Below are positions 8,764 to 18,096 of a stretch of DNA of 45,380 nt, piece by piece. The DNA lies in IMG/VR virus record IMGVR_UViG_3300037834_000026, positions 1-45,380 of that record. One strand, written 5' to 3'. Below the pieces are notes generated by a model. The model was not told the DNA's origin. It ran no database searches and worked only from the letters and a program-made list of their open reading frames with translations. The position numbers and the translations under genes were made by a program. Source of the DNA: a virus. Taxonomy: Duplodnaviria; Caudoviricetes. Numbering within the stretch: position 1 is the first letter of the stretch; each line of letters begins with the position of its first letter.

Positions 8764-9516
8764 TTACGCCGCATTGGCCAACACTCCCTGCTTGTCGATC
8801 AGGTGTTGCAGGGCGATGGTGAGCGCGGAGAAGCGCTGCGGGTTGGACCTGGAAACGTCGCCCAGAACGGTCGTGAACGCGTTGAACAGCGACCAGAGCG
8901 TGCGTTCGCCGAAGTCCTCGAACGTCGGGGTGCGCCACTCGGCCAGGACGCGCGGGAGCATGCGGTGGCTCACGATGTCCTGGTCGTAGGCGCGGAGCAT
9001 GATGCTCTCGGCCCGCTCGTCGGTGAGCGGCGTGTGCTGGAACTGGCGGACGCGCGCCTCCTCGGTTTCGCGGAACTGGTGGAGCGACTGGACGGCGCGG
9101 GACAGCGCTTCGCCGAAGCGGACTTCGCCGAACCGGGTGTGCTTGCGCGCGACGGTGATCTCTGACCGGAAGGCCAGGTTGTCGCACACGAACACTCGGG
9201 AACCGGCGCAGAACGCGATGGGCAGGGACTTGTCGATGCTGTTGCGGACGCCGACCGCGAGCGTGACGCCCGTGGCGACGGCCGACTCGAGATCGAGCGT
9301 CCCGAAGAACCGTGCGTTGCCGCGTGACAGGGCCATCCGAACCGTTCGGATGTTGAAGCCCGCCTGGTTCAGGCCGTCCTCGACGCGGCGCAGAACGGCG
9401 CCGTGCGAGAGCGGGAACCAAGTCTTGGTGGCCGGCGGTGCGGCCACGGCGTCCAACTCGGCGCGGTCAACGTGACGCGCGCCGGCGTGGACGACCAGAC
9501 TGCTGCTGGTGGACAC
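8764..9516 (-). CDS. DUF932-like phage/plasmid protein
   Basis: GVRNSIDKSL...FVCDNLAF...RKHT...TLWSLFNAFT; GTG start with GGAGG SD. Confidence 0.85.
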   Translation of the reverse strand: MSTSSSLVVHAGARHVDRAELDAVAAPPATKTWFPLSHGAVLRRVEDGLNQAGFNIRTVRMALSRGNARFFGTLDLESAVATGVTLAVGVRNSIDKSLPIAFCAGSRVFVCDNLAFRSEITVARKHTRFGEVRFGEALSRAVQSLHQFRETEEARVRQFQHTPLTDERAESIMLRAYDQDIVSHRMLPRVLAEWRTPTFEDFGERTLWSLFNAFTTVLGDVSRSNPQRFSALTIALQHLIDKQGVLANAA

Positions 9517-9590
9517 GGGTAGAGCCCTCCGATGGGGTAAAGGATCACTGGCCACAGCGGGGTGCTATGACTCGGCCAGTATCCACCCGT

Positions 9591-9695
9591 TCACCGGACG
9601 GGCGCAAACGGAAGATAGAGCAGGAAGGCGATGATTTGGGCCGCGACGATCACGGCCAGCCGTCTGTTGGGAAACGGCCAGTGCGTCAGGCGCAT
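9591..9695 (-). CDS. 34-aa TM peptide (not in ORF track)
   Basis: MRLTHWPFPNRRLAVIVAAQIIAFLLYLPFAPVR, 4 nt after the holin-like stop. Confidence 0.45.
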   Translation of the reverse strand: MRLTHWPFPNRRLAVIVAAQIIAFLLYLPFAPVR

Positions 9696-9699
9696 GCGC

Positions 9700-9882
9700 C
9701 TAGACGTTTTTGGGCGGCAGCGCGTGGCGCAGGCCCATGCCTTCCAGCGCGATGAGCGTGCCCGCGAAGGCCTCTTGCGCGGTCAGGGTTCCGGCCCACA
9801 CCTGCGACCACAGGTACACGATGCAGACGGTGCCGACGATGTACGTCTTCTTGCCGTTGATGATTTGCCAGAGGCGGATCAT
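9700..9882 (-). CDS. Putative holin
   Basis: NGKKTYI motif, two hydrophobic helices, GLRHAL; next to endolysin. Confidence 0.75.
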   Translation of the reverse strand: MIRLWQIINGKKTYIVGTVCIVYLWSQVWAGTLTAQEAFAGTLIALEGMGLRHALPPKNV

Positions 9883-9951
9883 TCGGGCTTGGGGAAAGGT
9901 GCCGCGATTCTATCACGGCGGAGCTTCACCGCGCGCCGGAAAGCCGGGATG

Positions 9952-10455
9952 TCAACCGTTCGGGTACGTGACCATGGAGGCGTCCCCGCCCTTCCAGAAC
10001 AGCAGGTAGGGCTCGAAATCGAAGTACCCGCTGTACCCGTTCCCGCCGTCGATCTCGCTGCCGTCCGCGCCGATCCGGCGCAGGCCGAGATGAAGGTGCA
10101 GGGCGGATGAGAAGCCGGTGTTGCCCATGACGCCCACGGCGTCGCCGAGCCGCACGCCATCGCCGGGCTTGACGCTGACCACGGAAAGGTGTGCCAGGAT
10201 CACTTCGCGCCGCGAGCCGGACACGTCGGGCGCGGTGCGCAGGCGGACGAACTTGCCGTACCCCTTGTCGCCCTGATCGCCGACTTCGTGGACCACGGCG
10301 TCGTAGGGCGAGAACACCGGCACGAGCTCTCCCGGACGCGCGCCGGTGAAATCGACGCCGTTGTGTCCTCTCAGGCCGAATTGCTTGTACACCTCCGGCC
10401 GCGCGCCGAAGTGCTGGGTGATGCGGCACGGCGATTTGACGGGGCAGAGGATCAT
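9952..10455 (-). CDS. M23 metallopeptidase endolysin
   Basis: HNGVDF (HxxxD), GYGKFV, AHLS, MGNTGFS..LHLH. Confidence 0.92.
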   Translation of the reverse strand: MILCPVKSPCRITQHFGARPEVYKQFGLRGHNGVDFTGARPGELVPVFSPYDAVVHEVGDQGDKGYGKFVRLRTAPDVSGSRREVILAHLSVVSVKPGDGVRLGDAVGVMGNTGFSSALHLHLGLRRIGADGSEIDGGNGYSGYFDFEPYLLFWKGGDASMVTYPNG

Positions 10456-10706
10456 TGCGTGCGGTACGAAGGGGATAGGGTGAACGATACGGAGTTTCCC
10501 AGGTCGATTTCTCGGCCCGCCATGAGCCGCGTTTGCAGCCGCTCTTCCACGAGGATCAGGCCGAGCGTGGAGTGCATTTCGTGCAGGTAGCGGACGTTGA
10601 TGACCACCAGGGCCACGACGGAAATCAGCGCGATCAGCGCGACCGTCCCGTCACGGTTGAACACACGGCTGTAAAGATCGGCAGAGGGGATAGGCAGCTT
10701 GTTCAT
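10452..10706 (-). CDS. Single-TM lysis-region protein
   Basis: VALIALISVVALVVI; TGGTATACT extended -10 upstream. Confidence 0.65.
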   Translation of the reverse strand: MNKLPIPSADLYSRVFNRDGTVALIALISVVALVVINVRYLHEMHSTLGLILVEERLQTRLMAGREIDLGNSVSFTLSPSYRTQ

Positions 10707-10759
10707 GCGGTAATGCCGCCGAGTATACCAGACGGCGGCTGTCCGCGCACCCGCACCGG

Positions 10760-12367
10760 CTAGTAGATGATCTGCACGTTGGAGCCCGCCGTTCCGCTGG
10801 AGCCGTTCGCCCCGGGGCTTCCCGAGCCGCCGCCCTCGCCGGCGATTCCTCCGGTGCCGCCGGAGCCCGCCGTCAGGGTGAACCCGCCGGACCACGAAGC
10901 CTTGTCGCGGTAGCCCAGAAGGACCGCTCCGCCGTTTCCGCCGGAGCCGCCGCCTCCGCCGCCGGCCTGCGACGAGGAGCTGAACCCGTTGCCTCCGTTC
11001 CCGCCGTTGCCGCCGATGGACTCGAAGTTCCAGGTGCCCGATAGGCGGTAGATGAAAGCCACGATGTTACCGCCGTTCGCGCCGCTGCCGCCGCCGCCTC
11101 CGCCTCCCGCGTTCGCGGCGTTGCCCGCTCCGCCGCCTCCGCCGCCCGATCCGGGCCCGGCGTTCAGGCGCGTGTACGTCCCGCCCGAGATGTCGGCGAA
11201 GAAGTACGCGAACTTCGGGCTGATCTGCGCGGTGTGGATCGTGGACGTTCCGGCCGCGCCGCCCGCGCCGCCCGTTCGGTTGCTCACGTCGCCGCCCGCT
11301 CCGCCCGCCGCGCCGGTGATGGCGATGACGGCGTTGGACTTCGACGGGCCTGCGGTCCCGGCGTTGCCGTTGTTCAGCCCGCTCGCTCCCGCGCCTCCGG
11401 CCACGCCCGCCTGGCCCGGCGTCACGGTCACTCCGGCCGCCGCAGTCCCGGCGGTCCCGGCGGTGCCGCCCGTGGAGTTCGATCCGTTGCCGCCGTTTCC
11501 GCCGTTGCCCCCCGTCGGCGCCTTGATCTTGCCGCTGCCCGAGCAGACGCCGCGCACGAACACGCGGTAGCCCGCCGTATTCAGCGTGAACGTCGAAAGG
11601 TTCAAATTCATGTAGTGCATGTCCCGCGTCAGGGTGGCGTCCCCGGTGAGCGTGACGTCGCCGTCCCTGCCGTCGCCGTAGTAGGACTCGTCCGTCTGCT
11701 CCTGGAGCGCCAGGGTCCAGTTCGTGCCGTCGAAGACGAACACGCCCGTCTGTTTGGGGTACAGGGTGGTGATGACGGTGGAGGACTGCTTCATGGTCAG
11801 CGCCACGCGGTCGTCCACGTTGCGGACGACGAAGTGGTTGCCCTCGCTCATGTTCGTGGTTTCCAGCGTCACGTCGCGGGCGGTGCCGTTGGGGTTCAGA
11901 ATCTGGTAGTACTTGGCGGTGGACGTGAGCGTCTTGTTGCCCGAGAGGGTTTCCACGTTGACCAGCGTGGACGATCCGAGCTCGCCGCCCACCACGTCGG
12001 GCTTCCAAATCGATATGGCGGTGATCTCCCCGCCCACGCAAGTCACGGTCCCGAGACGGCCGTTGGCGGTCGTCCAGGTCGTCGTGTTGATGGCGATGGT
12101 GTTGTCGCTCTTGATCTCCACATAGTTCGTGGCGTCATCCGTCAAGGCGATGTCGGTGTCGCCGCCGAACTGGCCGGTGGTGGTGCCGACGCGCCAGTTG
12201 AAGGGTGCGATGTCGATCATTAACGGCGTGCCCGACGCGGCCTCCCAAATGCGGCCACGGTCGTTGCCCAAGCTGTAGATGTCGTCCAGGTCTTCGTTGA
12301 TGTCCTGCAACCGGCTGGCGCTCACGTTGTCGCCGGTGTTCCAGGTGGATGAATGCTGGCGCGGCAT
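10760..12367 (-). CDS. Tail fibre/receptor-binding protein with Gly-rich C-terminus
   Basis: GGNGGNGG and GGGGG runs, YGDGRDGDVT motif, end of tail module. Confidence 0.8.
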   Translation of the reverse strand: MPRQHSSTWNTGDNVSASRLQDINEDLDDIYSLGNDRGRIWEAASGTPLMIDIAPFNWRVGTTTGQFGGDTDIALTDDATNYVEIKSDNTIAINTTTWTTANGRLGTVTCVGGEITAISIWKPDVVGGELGSSTLVNVETLSGNKTLTSTAKYYQILNPNGTARDVTLETTNMSEGNHFVVRNVDDRVALTMKQSSTVITTLYPKQTGVFVFDGTNWTLALQEQTDESYYGDGRDGDVTLTGDATLTRDMHYMNLNLSTFTLNTAGYRVFVRGVCSGSGKIKAPTGGNGGNGGNGSNSTGGTAGTAGTAAAGVTVTPGQAGVAGGAGASGLNNGNAGTAGPSKSNAVIAITGAAGGAGGDVSNRTGGAGGAAGTSTIHTAQISPKFAYFFADISGGTYTRLNAGPGSGGGGGGAGNAANAGGGGGGGSGANGGNIVAFIYRLSGTWNFESIGGNGGNGGNGFSSSSQAGGGGGGSGGNGGAVLLGYRDKASWSGGFTLTAGSGGTGGIAGEGGGSGSPGANGSSGTAGSNVQIIY

Positions 12368-12368
12368 G

Positions 12369-12962
12369 TCAGTTGATGGTGATGGAACAGTTGACGGTCA
12401 ATGTCTCGTTCGGCCCGATGGCCTGGTTGATGGCGGCGTGGGACAGCAGGTAGCCGCTGTTGGCGCTGCCGCTGCCGTCCACGAAGATGCCGGCTTCCAG
12501 GTAGGTGTTGCCGCCCACCTGGGCGTTGCCGAAGTACACGTTCAGGTACGCGACGTTGCTCTCGGCGAAGCGGTTGGTGAATTGCGCGCGCAGGGTTTCC
12601 GACTGGAGCATCATGTCCGAGTTGGCGGGTGCGGCGCTGCCGGTCCCCAGCGCGAAGTAGTTGGCCTTGAAGGTCGGCGTGACGGTCGTTCCCGAGATGA
12701 GCGTGGCCAGGGAGTTACGGAGTTGGCTGGGGACCAAGTTGCTGTACCGCTCTGCCGGGAAGTTGGTCATGCCCTTGGCCGTCATGTGCAGCCACGCCTT
12801 CAAAGCGTAGCCGCCCTCGCGGAAGGACCGGCGGATTTCCTCCTCGGCGATCTTGACTCGCTCCGCCCACGACTGCATGGTCAGGAACTCAACGATCTGG
12901 TCTTCGGTGGCGCGGATGAAGGAATAGTTCTCGCGGACGGCGAGCTGTGCGGCCTGCTTCAT
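12369..12962 (-). CDS. Tail tip/fibre-attachment protein
   Basis: YFALGTGSAAP..SD..L..E and EAGIF motifs. Confidence 0.7.
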   Translation of the reverse strand: MKQAAQLAVRENYSFIRATEDQIVEFLTMQSWAERVKIAEEEIRRSFREGGYALKAWLHMTAKGMTNFPAERYSNLVPSQLRNSLATLISGTTVTPTFKANYFALGTGSAAPANSDMMLQSETLRAQFTNRFAESNVAYLNVYFGNAQVGGNTYLEAGIFVDGSGSANSGYLLSHAAINQAIGPNETLTVNCSITIN

Positions 12963-15643
12963 GCTGCGGAGGAGAAGGATGCGACGGCCGGGTTGCTCTG
13001 GCTCTCGGCCACCGTCGGCGCGACCAGTATATCAGAGAACGCGATGGTCCCGGCCGCCTGGTACAGCGACAGTTCGATGCCGATGTACGCGGTGCTGGCC
13101 CCGGTGGTGAACGCGGCCTGCCGCCAGGCGAAATCCTGCTTGGCGGTGACGCCCGAGAAGAGGGTGTTCGTGACCAGGGCGGTGCCGCCCCGCGCCACGG
13201 AGTACTCCTTCACCAGCACGCGCGCGCCGCCCCCGGTTCCCACGTTGGTGAGCGCGGCCGCGACCTTGAGCCACACGCCGATGGTGTACGCGGTGCTGGC
13301 GTAGGCCGGCAGGTAGAACAGCAGGGTGGCCTTGGCCTCTTTGCCGCTGCCCCCGCCGGCGGCGGTGATGCGCAGCTCGGCGTCGTTGTTGTACTCCGAC
13401 GAGGCGAATTGGATGGTGCCGGTCTCGCCGCCCGCGAACGCGGCGTACCAGTTGGTGAAGCGTCTGGGGATTCCGTAAAGCGCGTCGTTGGCGCCGATGA
13501 TCCCGGTGGAGCTCGCCGAACCGGCGAGGCCTTCGAACCGGATGCGCCGGGAGTCCACGAGCGCGGCCGTGAAGGTCTTGCTTTTCTTGGAATACGTGGC
13601 GGCGTCGGCTACCGTGACCGTCTCGTCCACGTTCAGGATGATTTCCAGGAAGTCCGACGGTTTCAGGTCCACCGACTGCGCGCGCCGGACGAGCATCTGG
13701 AAGAACTCGATGACGCCGTACATGACGGACGCGGCGGTGACGGCGTAGTGGAAGCGGTCCCGGTATCGCTGCTTGTACTGGACGCGCTGGATGAGGAAGT
13801 CCTGGTCGATGCCACGGTTCACGTCGGTGATGCGGATGACCTGGCCGGCGTGCAGCCCGTCGTGGTCGGTCTCGAACGTGGCGGTCAGCACGGCGTTGGC
13901 GTACTGCGCCAGCTCCGCCCGCGCGCGGATCAGGGCGTCCTCGAAGGAGCCGATGGAGGCGTCGCTGATCGGCGCGCCGTCGAAGATGCCGTCCCCGCCC
14001 ACCAGGGACTTCATGAGCGCGATGGAAGCGTTGTCCTGCGCCCGCACGCGGATGGGCTTGTACGGGAACCCCGTGAAGACGACGACTTGGCCTTCGGTAG
14101 GCGTGCCGGCCGTGGACGTGCGGACCACTTTCTCCTGGAAGTTGGAGAGGTACTGCACCGTGTCGGGATCAACGAGGTTCTCCTCGCCGAGCGTCTGCGG
14201 CGTGCCGTCGATGGTCATGGACAGCGTCTTCATCTTGTAGTCCAGCGTGAACGACGACTGCTCGCCGTCGGCCACGATGGTTTGCGTGTACAGGTTGGCG
14301 TCCGGTGCCTCGCCGCCGAGCACGACGATGCGGTTGAGCAGGTGCGTGATGTCGGGGTCGATCTTGAGGTTCCCGTAATTGCTGGTGGCGCTGCCCGGCG
14401 TGTTGTCCAGGCTGAACGGCGCGGTCCCGGCCTGCTGCGGCGAGAGGTGCACGTCGCGGTTGTAGTCGATGTACCAGACGTCGGACAGCCGCTTGGCCAG
14501 GTCGTCGATCACGTCGGTGGGGCGGCGGTAACTCACGCGCAGGTCATCGAACTTCACCGGCCCGCGCACGCAGTTCTGGAGCGTGAAGCCGCCGGTGGTG
14601 GCGTGCATGTGGTCGAAGGAGAGCGCCGGGGACGCCATCGCGGCGGTTGCCGTCACCGAGAGCTGCAACCACGTCACGCCGTCGAGGGTCGGCGATCCGG
14701 CGGCGGCGGAGGGGCTGTCCAGCGTCACGCTCTCGTAGTTCCAGCAGTCGGAGAAGTCGCCGCCGATGTTGGCGATGTCGAACTCGTAGTAGTTGCTGGC
14801 GTCCTGCCCGATCCGCAGCTTGAGCGCGGTGACGACGTTGCCGAACCCGGCGGCCAGCTTCCACCAGAACCGCAGCTTGGAGTACGCGCGCAGGTCCACG
14901 GACGTCACCGTCTTCGTCCAGGTGGCGACCCCGGCGCCGGACGTGCCGGCGGCCTGCGAGTAGCTGCCCTGGATGCGGTCTGCGTTGTCGCTCATGGCCA
15001 GGCCCACGCCGCCGTGGGTCCATGCTGCATCGAACAGGTCTACGTTGTAGGACGTGTCGGGCGGGCAGAAGAAGTAGACGATGCGGCCCACGATCTCCCG
15101 CGCGTACTGGTTCAGGAAGTTCATCACCACCTGCTTGGCGTCGAACAGCAGCGACAGGTCGGCGCACTGGACGTTGTACGTGAACGTTCCGGTGTAGCCG
15201 ATCTCGGTTTCCGGGCACTTGATGCAAATGCCGGCGAACAGCGGCTCGCCGTCGTCGTGCAGCTTGCCGATCCTGGCGGTGGTGGCGAACGTCGCCGCCA
15301 GGTTGGCCGTCAGCGTCACCGTCTTCGCGGCGTGATCGACGGAGAGGACCGTGTACGTCGCCTGGTCCGCCCCGCCGATGCCGACGAGGAGCCGGACGCC
15401 GGCGGCTATCTTGTTGGTCTGCGGGTACGTGTCGGCCACGTTGAGGACCGGCTGGCCCGACGCGGCCGGCTGGGTGAGCTGCAAGCCCTCGTAGACGGTC
15501 ACCACCTGGCCGTAGGTGACGGCCTGCTGGAGCGTGGTGAAGCTCGCGGTGTCCCGCCGGCTCTGCAACTGCTCCGTCAGCTTGAAGGAGGACTCCTGCA
15601 CGGAGGCGGAAATGTCCGTGGAGTTGGCGAAGACCAGGAGCAT
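12959..15643 (-). CDS. Large tail hub/central tail protein (894 aa)
   Basis: ATG 15643 overlaps TMP stop; WYIDYNRDVH, NRIVVLGG, GLHAGQVIRI...FLIQRV; carbohydrate-binding-like C-terminus. Confidence 0.8.
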   Translation of the reverse strand: MLLVFANSTDISASVQESSFKLTEQLQSRRDTASFTTLQQAVTYGQVVTVYEGLQLTQPAASGQPVLNVADTYPQTNKIAAGVRLLVGIGGADQATYTVLSVDHAAKTVTLTANLAATFATTARIGKLHDDGEPLFAGICIKCPETEIGYTGTFTYNVQCADLSLLFDAKQVVMNFLNQYAREIVGRIVYFFCPPDTSYNVDLFDAAWTHGGVGLAMSDNADRIQGSYSQAAGTSGAGVATWTKTVTSVDLRAYSKLRFWWKLAAGFGNVVTALKLRIGQDASNYYEFDIANIGGDFSDCWNYESVTLDSPSAAAGSPTLDGVTWLQLSVTATAAMASPALSFDHMHATTGGFTLQNCVRGPVKFDDLRVSYRRPTDVIDDLAKRLSDVWYIDYNRDVHLSPQQAGTAPFSLDNTPGSATSNYGNLKIDPDITHLLNRIVVLGGEAPDANLYTQTIVADGEQSSFTLDYKMKTLSMTIDGTPQTLGEENLVDPDTVQYLSNFQEKVVRTSTAGTPTEGQVVVFTGFPYKPIRVRAQDNASIALMKSLVGGDGIFDGAPISDASIGSFEDALIRARAELAQYANAVLTATFETDHDGLHAGQVIRITDVNRGIDQDFLIQRVQYKQRYRDRFHYAVTAASVMYGVIEFFQMLVRRAQSVDLKPSDFLEIILNVDETVTVADAATYSKKSKTFTAALVDSRRIRFEGLAGSASSTGIIGANDALYGIPRRFTNWYAAFAGGETGTIQFASSEYNNDAELRITAAGGGSGKEAKATLLFYLPAYASTAYTIGVWLKVAAALTNVGTGGGARVLVKEYSVARGGTALVTNTLFSGVTAKQDFAWRQAAFTTGASTAYIGIELSLYQAAGTIAFSDILVAPTVAESQSNPAVASFSSAA

Positions 15644-17448
15644 TAAGCGGACGCGTAGGAGAGATGCGGCTGGAGCATTTTGACCAGCGTGTCGCCGATC
15701 TGCTGGGCGAACGACTCGTCGGCGTTTCCATAGAAGCTGTTGCCCTGCAAGATGATCGTGGTGCCGACCCCGGCCGCCCCGCCCTTCTTGAGCGGAACGA
15801 CGGCCTCGGGACCGGCCTCGCCGATCAGCGCGAAGGTCGGGCGCGTGACGATGCCGCCTTCCGCCAGCGGCGTGAAAGTCGGGAGCTTCAAGTTCCGCCC
15901 GCCAGGCACCTTGTCCAGCGCCGCGTTGTAGGTTTCGATGAATCCGTTCACGAACCGGATGATGGCGTTGATGCCGTCCTTGAACGTCTGCTTGATGCCT
16001 TCCCAGACCCGCGCCGCGACGCTCGCTATGCCGTCCATCATGGAGCCCCATCCGCTGGCGACGGCATCCGACCCGAGCTTCCACAGTGCGTTGACGCCGT
16101 CCCAGAACGCCCGGATTCCGAGCGTGATGAGTTCGAAGGAACCGATGGCGATAAGGTTCAGGCCTTCCCAAGCCGTCTGCCAGTTCAGCGTGATGACGCC
16201 AAGGGCGACCTTGAACAGCCCCTTCATCACATTCAGCACGCCCGAAAGGAAAAGCTGAATCCCGTTCCACACGGCCGTCGCCGTCGCTTGGATTCCGAAC
16301 ATGGCTGTTTCCCACGCGAACTTCAAGTCGTTGAACGCCTGGGTAAGCCCCATCGTGAAGAGGGTCCAGAAATCCAACAGGCTTTGAACGACCGGCATCA
16401 TGGCGTTTATTACGGATGTCACGATGCCCTGGAACCCAAGGAAGTTCGTTTCATACGCCTGGTAGATCAAGTACGCGACGGCAGCGACGGCCGCGCCGGC
16501 CGCGATGAACGGTGCGAGCGCCACGACGTTCGCGCTGGTGGCCGCCAGCATGCCGTAGAGGGCGGGTATGAGCGCGCCGACGATGGCCCCGGCGATGAGG
16601 AACCAGTACGGTTGCACCGTCTTGATGATCTCCACGAACCTGCGCATCATGCCGTCCGCGCCGCCGATGCTGTCCGTCCATCGGTTGAAGCCATGAATGG
16701 CTGGCCACAACACGTCCGCGATCGTGGATCCGATAATCTCCATGAAGTCACTCATGGTGTTTTTGGCGACTTCCACCTGCCCTTGGAACGTGTTGCGGAG
16801 GGTTTCGGCCATGCCGTCATACGTGCGGCCGAGAACCTCGGTGATCACGGCCACCTTTTCTTGCTCCGTGCCCGTCTTGAGAATCTGCTTCTGTAGGTCG
16901 GTGAAGATGAATCCCTGCTTGATGAGCGCGTCGGCCTGGCCGACGAGGGCTTTTCCGAAGCCCTGCGACAGCTGCTTCATTTCCTCCATCGAAATCGCGG
17001 CACCTTTCTCGGCTGCCGCCATGTCGAGGAAGCCGGGGATCAGTTTTTGAATGCTCTCGGACGAGATGTCGAACGTGGCGAACTGCGATTGAGCCATTAG
17101 AATGAGATCGTCACCATATGTGGTAACTTTCTGCATCGCGGCAGCCTGGTCGTAGAGCGCCTGCACATGCGCGGCAGTCGCACCCTCCTGGTTGAAAATC
17201 AGCTGCTCAAGGCGTGCGCCGACCTGCTCGGCCTGGTTGAACTCTTGCAGCGCATTGAAGCCAAGGGCGAGGGCCGCCGTGGCGGCGACGCCCAGCGCCA
17301 GCGCGAACTTCTTGGACGCGTCCTCCGCGCCCTTGAGAGCGGACTCAACGCGCGCCCCCATGCCCTCGGCGTTGTCGGCCACGTCACTGAGCTTGCCAGA
17401 CGCGTTGTCGTCGGCGTTGATCTCAACGGTGACTTGTTCGCTCGTCAT
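15643..17448 (-). CDS. Tape measure protein (601 aa)
   Basis: VTVEINADDNAS start, Ala/Gly-rich helical repeats with periodic W/F, LAEGGIVTRPTFALIGEAGPEAVVPL. Confidence 0.93.
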   Translation of the reverse strand: MTSEQVTVEINADDNASGKLSDVADNAEGMGARVESALKGAEDASKKFALALGVAATAALALGFNALQEFNQAEQVGARLEQLIFNQEGATAAHVQALYDQAAAMQKVTTYGDDLILMAQSQFATFDISSESIQKLIPGFLDMAAAEKGAAISMEEMKQLSQGFGKALVGQADALIKQGFIFTDLQKQILKTGTEQEKVAVITEVLGRTYDGMAETLRNTFQGQVEVAKNTMSDFMEIIGSTIADVLWPAIHGFNRWTDSIGGADGMMRRFVEIIKTVQPYWFLIAGAIVGALIPALYGMLAATSANVVALAPFIAAGAAVAAVAYLIYQAYETNFLGFQGIVTSVINAMMPVVQSLLDFWTLFTMGLTQAFNDLKFAWETAMFGIQATATAVWNGIQLFLSGVLNVMKGLFKVALGVITLNWQTAWEGLNLIAIGSFELITLGIRAFWDGVNALWKLGSDAVASGWGSMMDGIASVAARVWEGIKQTFKDGINAIIRFVNGFIETYNAALDKVPGGRNLKLPTFTPLAEGGIVTRPTFALIGEAGPEAVVPLKKGGAAGVGTTIILQGNSFYGNADESFAQQIGDTLVKMLQPHLSYASA

Positions 17449-17700
17449 GGCTTGGGGGGGGTGGAAGACTGCTGCTTGGAGTCGCGGATGCCCGCGATGA
17501 CGATCATGTCCTGCTTGAGATCGATGGGGAGGAGAACGTATTCCCACGGGGGAATCCAGCCGAATCGTTCTATGAATGCCAGGTAGTTCCAACGGTCCAC
17601 GGCCTCGCGCTTGAGCGGCGTGGATGTCTCCACGCTGCCCCCCGAGCTACAGGAAACCCAGAGGGCGTGCTTCTGCATCAAGCGCTCAAGCCTTTTTTTT
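17445..17700 (-). CDS. Tail assembly chaperone -1 frameshift extension (gpT-like)
   Basis: Open in the -1 frame from the A8 run to TGA 17445; RFGWIPPWEY.LP. Confidence 0.75.
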
Positions 17701-18049
17701 GCGCGTCTTCCTTCGAGAGCAAGTTCCCCTGCTCATCGAGAATCAAGGCGCCCGTGCACGCCTGCAACATGGCCAGAAGGTCGCGCTGGGTGAACCGCTT
17801 GAGAACGTCGGGCGTGCAAGGAAGCACCTGACCGTCCTGGCCGATATTCCATTTCACGAAACAGGCGACAATCGTGTCGATGGCCTGGTCGAAGCTGTTG
17901 GCCGCGCCCTTTTTGCCCTCATACTTCGAAGCGATGGCCGATTGATCCGCGCCCGTGAGAGATTTGTAGAGCGTCACCACTCCGCCCTTGGTGTCAAACA
18001 ACGATGCTTCTACGGTGTCCCGGCCGATGGAAACGATGGGGTTGCTCAT
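17678..18049 (-). CDS. Tail assembly chaperone (gpG-like)
   Basis: Between tail tube and TMP; ends GCG CAA AAA AAA GGC TTG AGC GCT TGA. Confidence 0.8.
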   Translation of the reverse strand: MSNPIVSIGRDTVEASLFDTKGGVVTLYKSLTGADQSAIASKYEGKKGAANSFDQAIDTIVACFVKWNIGQDGQVLPCTPDVLKRFTQRDLLAMLQACTGALILDEQGNLLSKEDAQKKGLSA

Positions 18050-18096
18050 ACGGAGAATGAAAGGAAGGAAGTAAGTAAGACGCCAATCCGGCGTTC

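Larger units (their letters stand above)
1..9590. mobile_element. Integrative, probably mobilizable (IME-like) module
   Basis: Integrase, Xis-like HTH, Prim-Pol, relaxase-like and coupling-protein-like genes; no VirB4/MPF genes seen; right boundary approximate. Confidence 0.7.

Noticed and set aside
10760-11560. DGR target or repeat locus in the tail fibre
   Set aside because: Repeats are Gly-rich coding sequence; no RT or TR/VR pair
12947-15646. 899-aa + strand ORF and many other long antisense or alternate-frame ORFs
   Set aside because: Shadows of GC3-rich coding genes; no motifs or initiation signals
17454-17461. C8 run as a second frameshift into the TMP gene
   Set aside because: Explained as the C-rich leader of the TMP ATG; no other support
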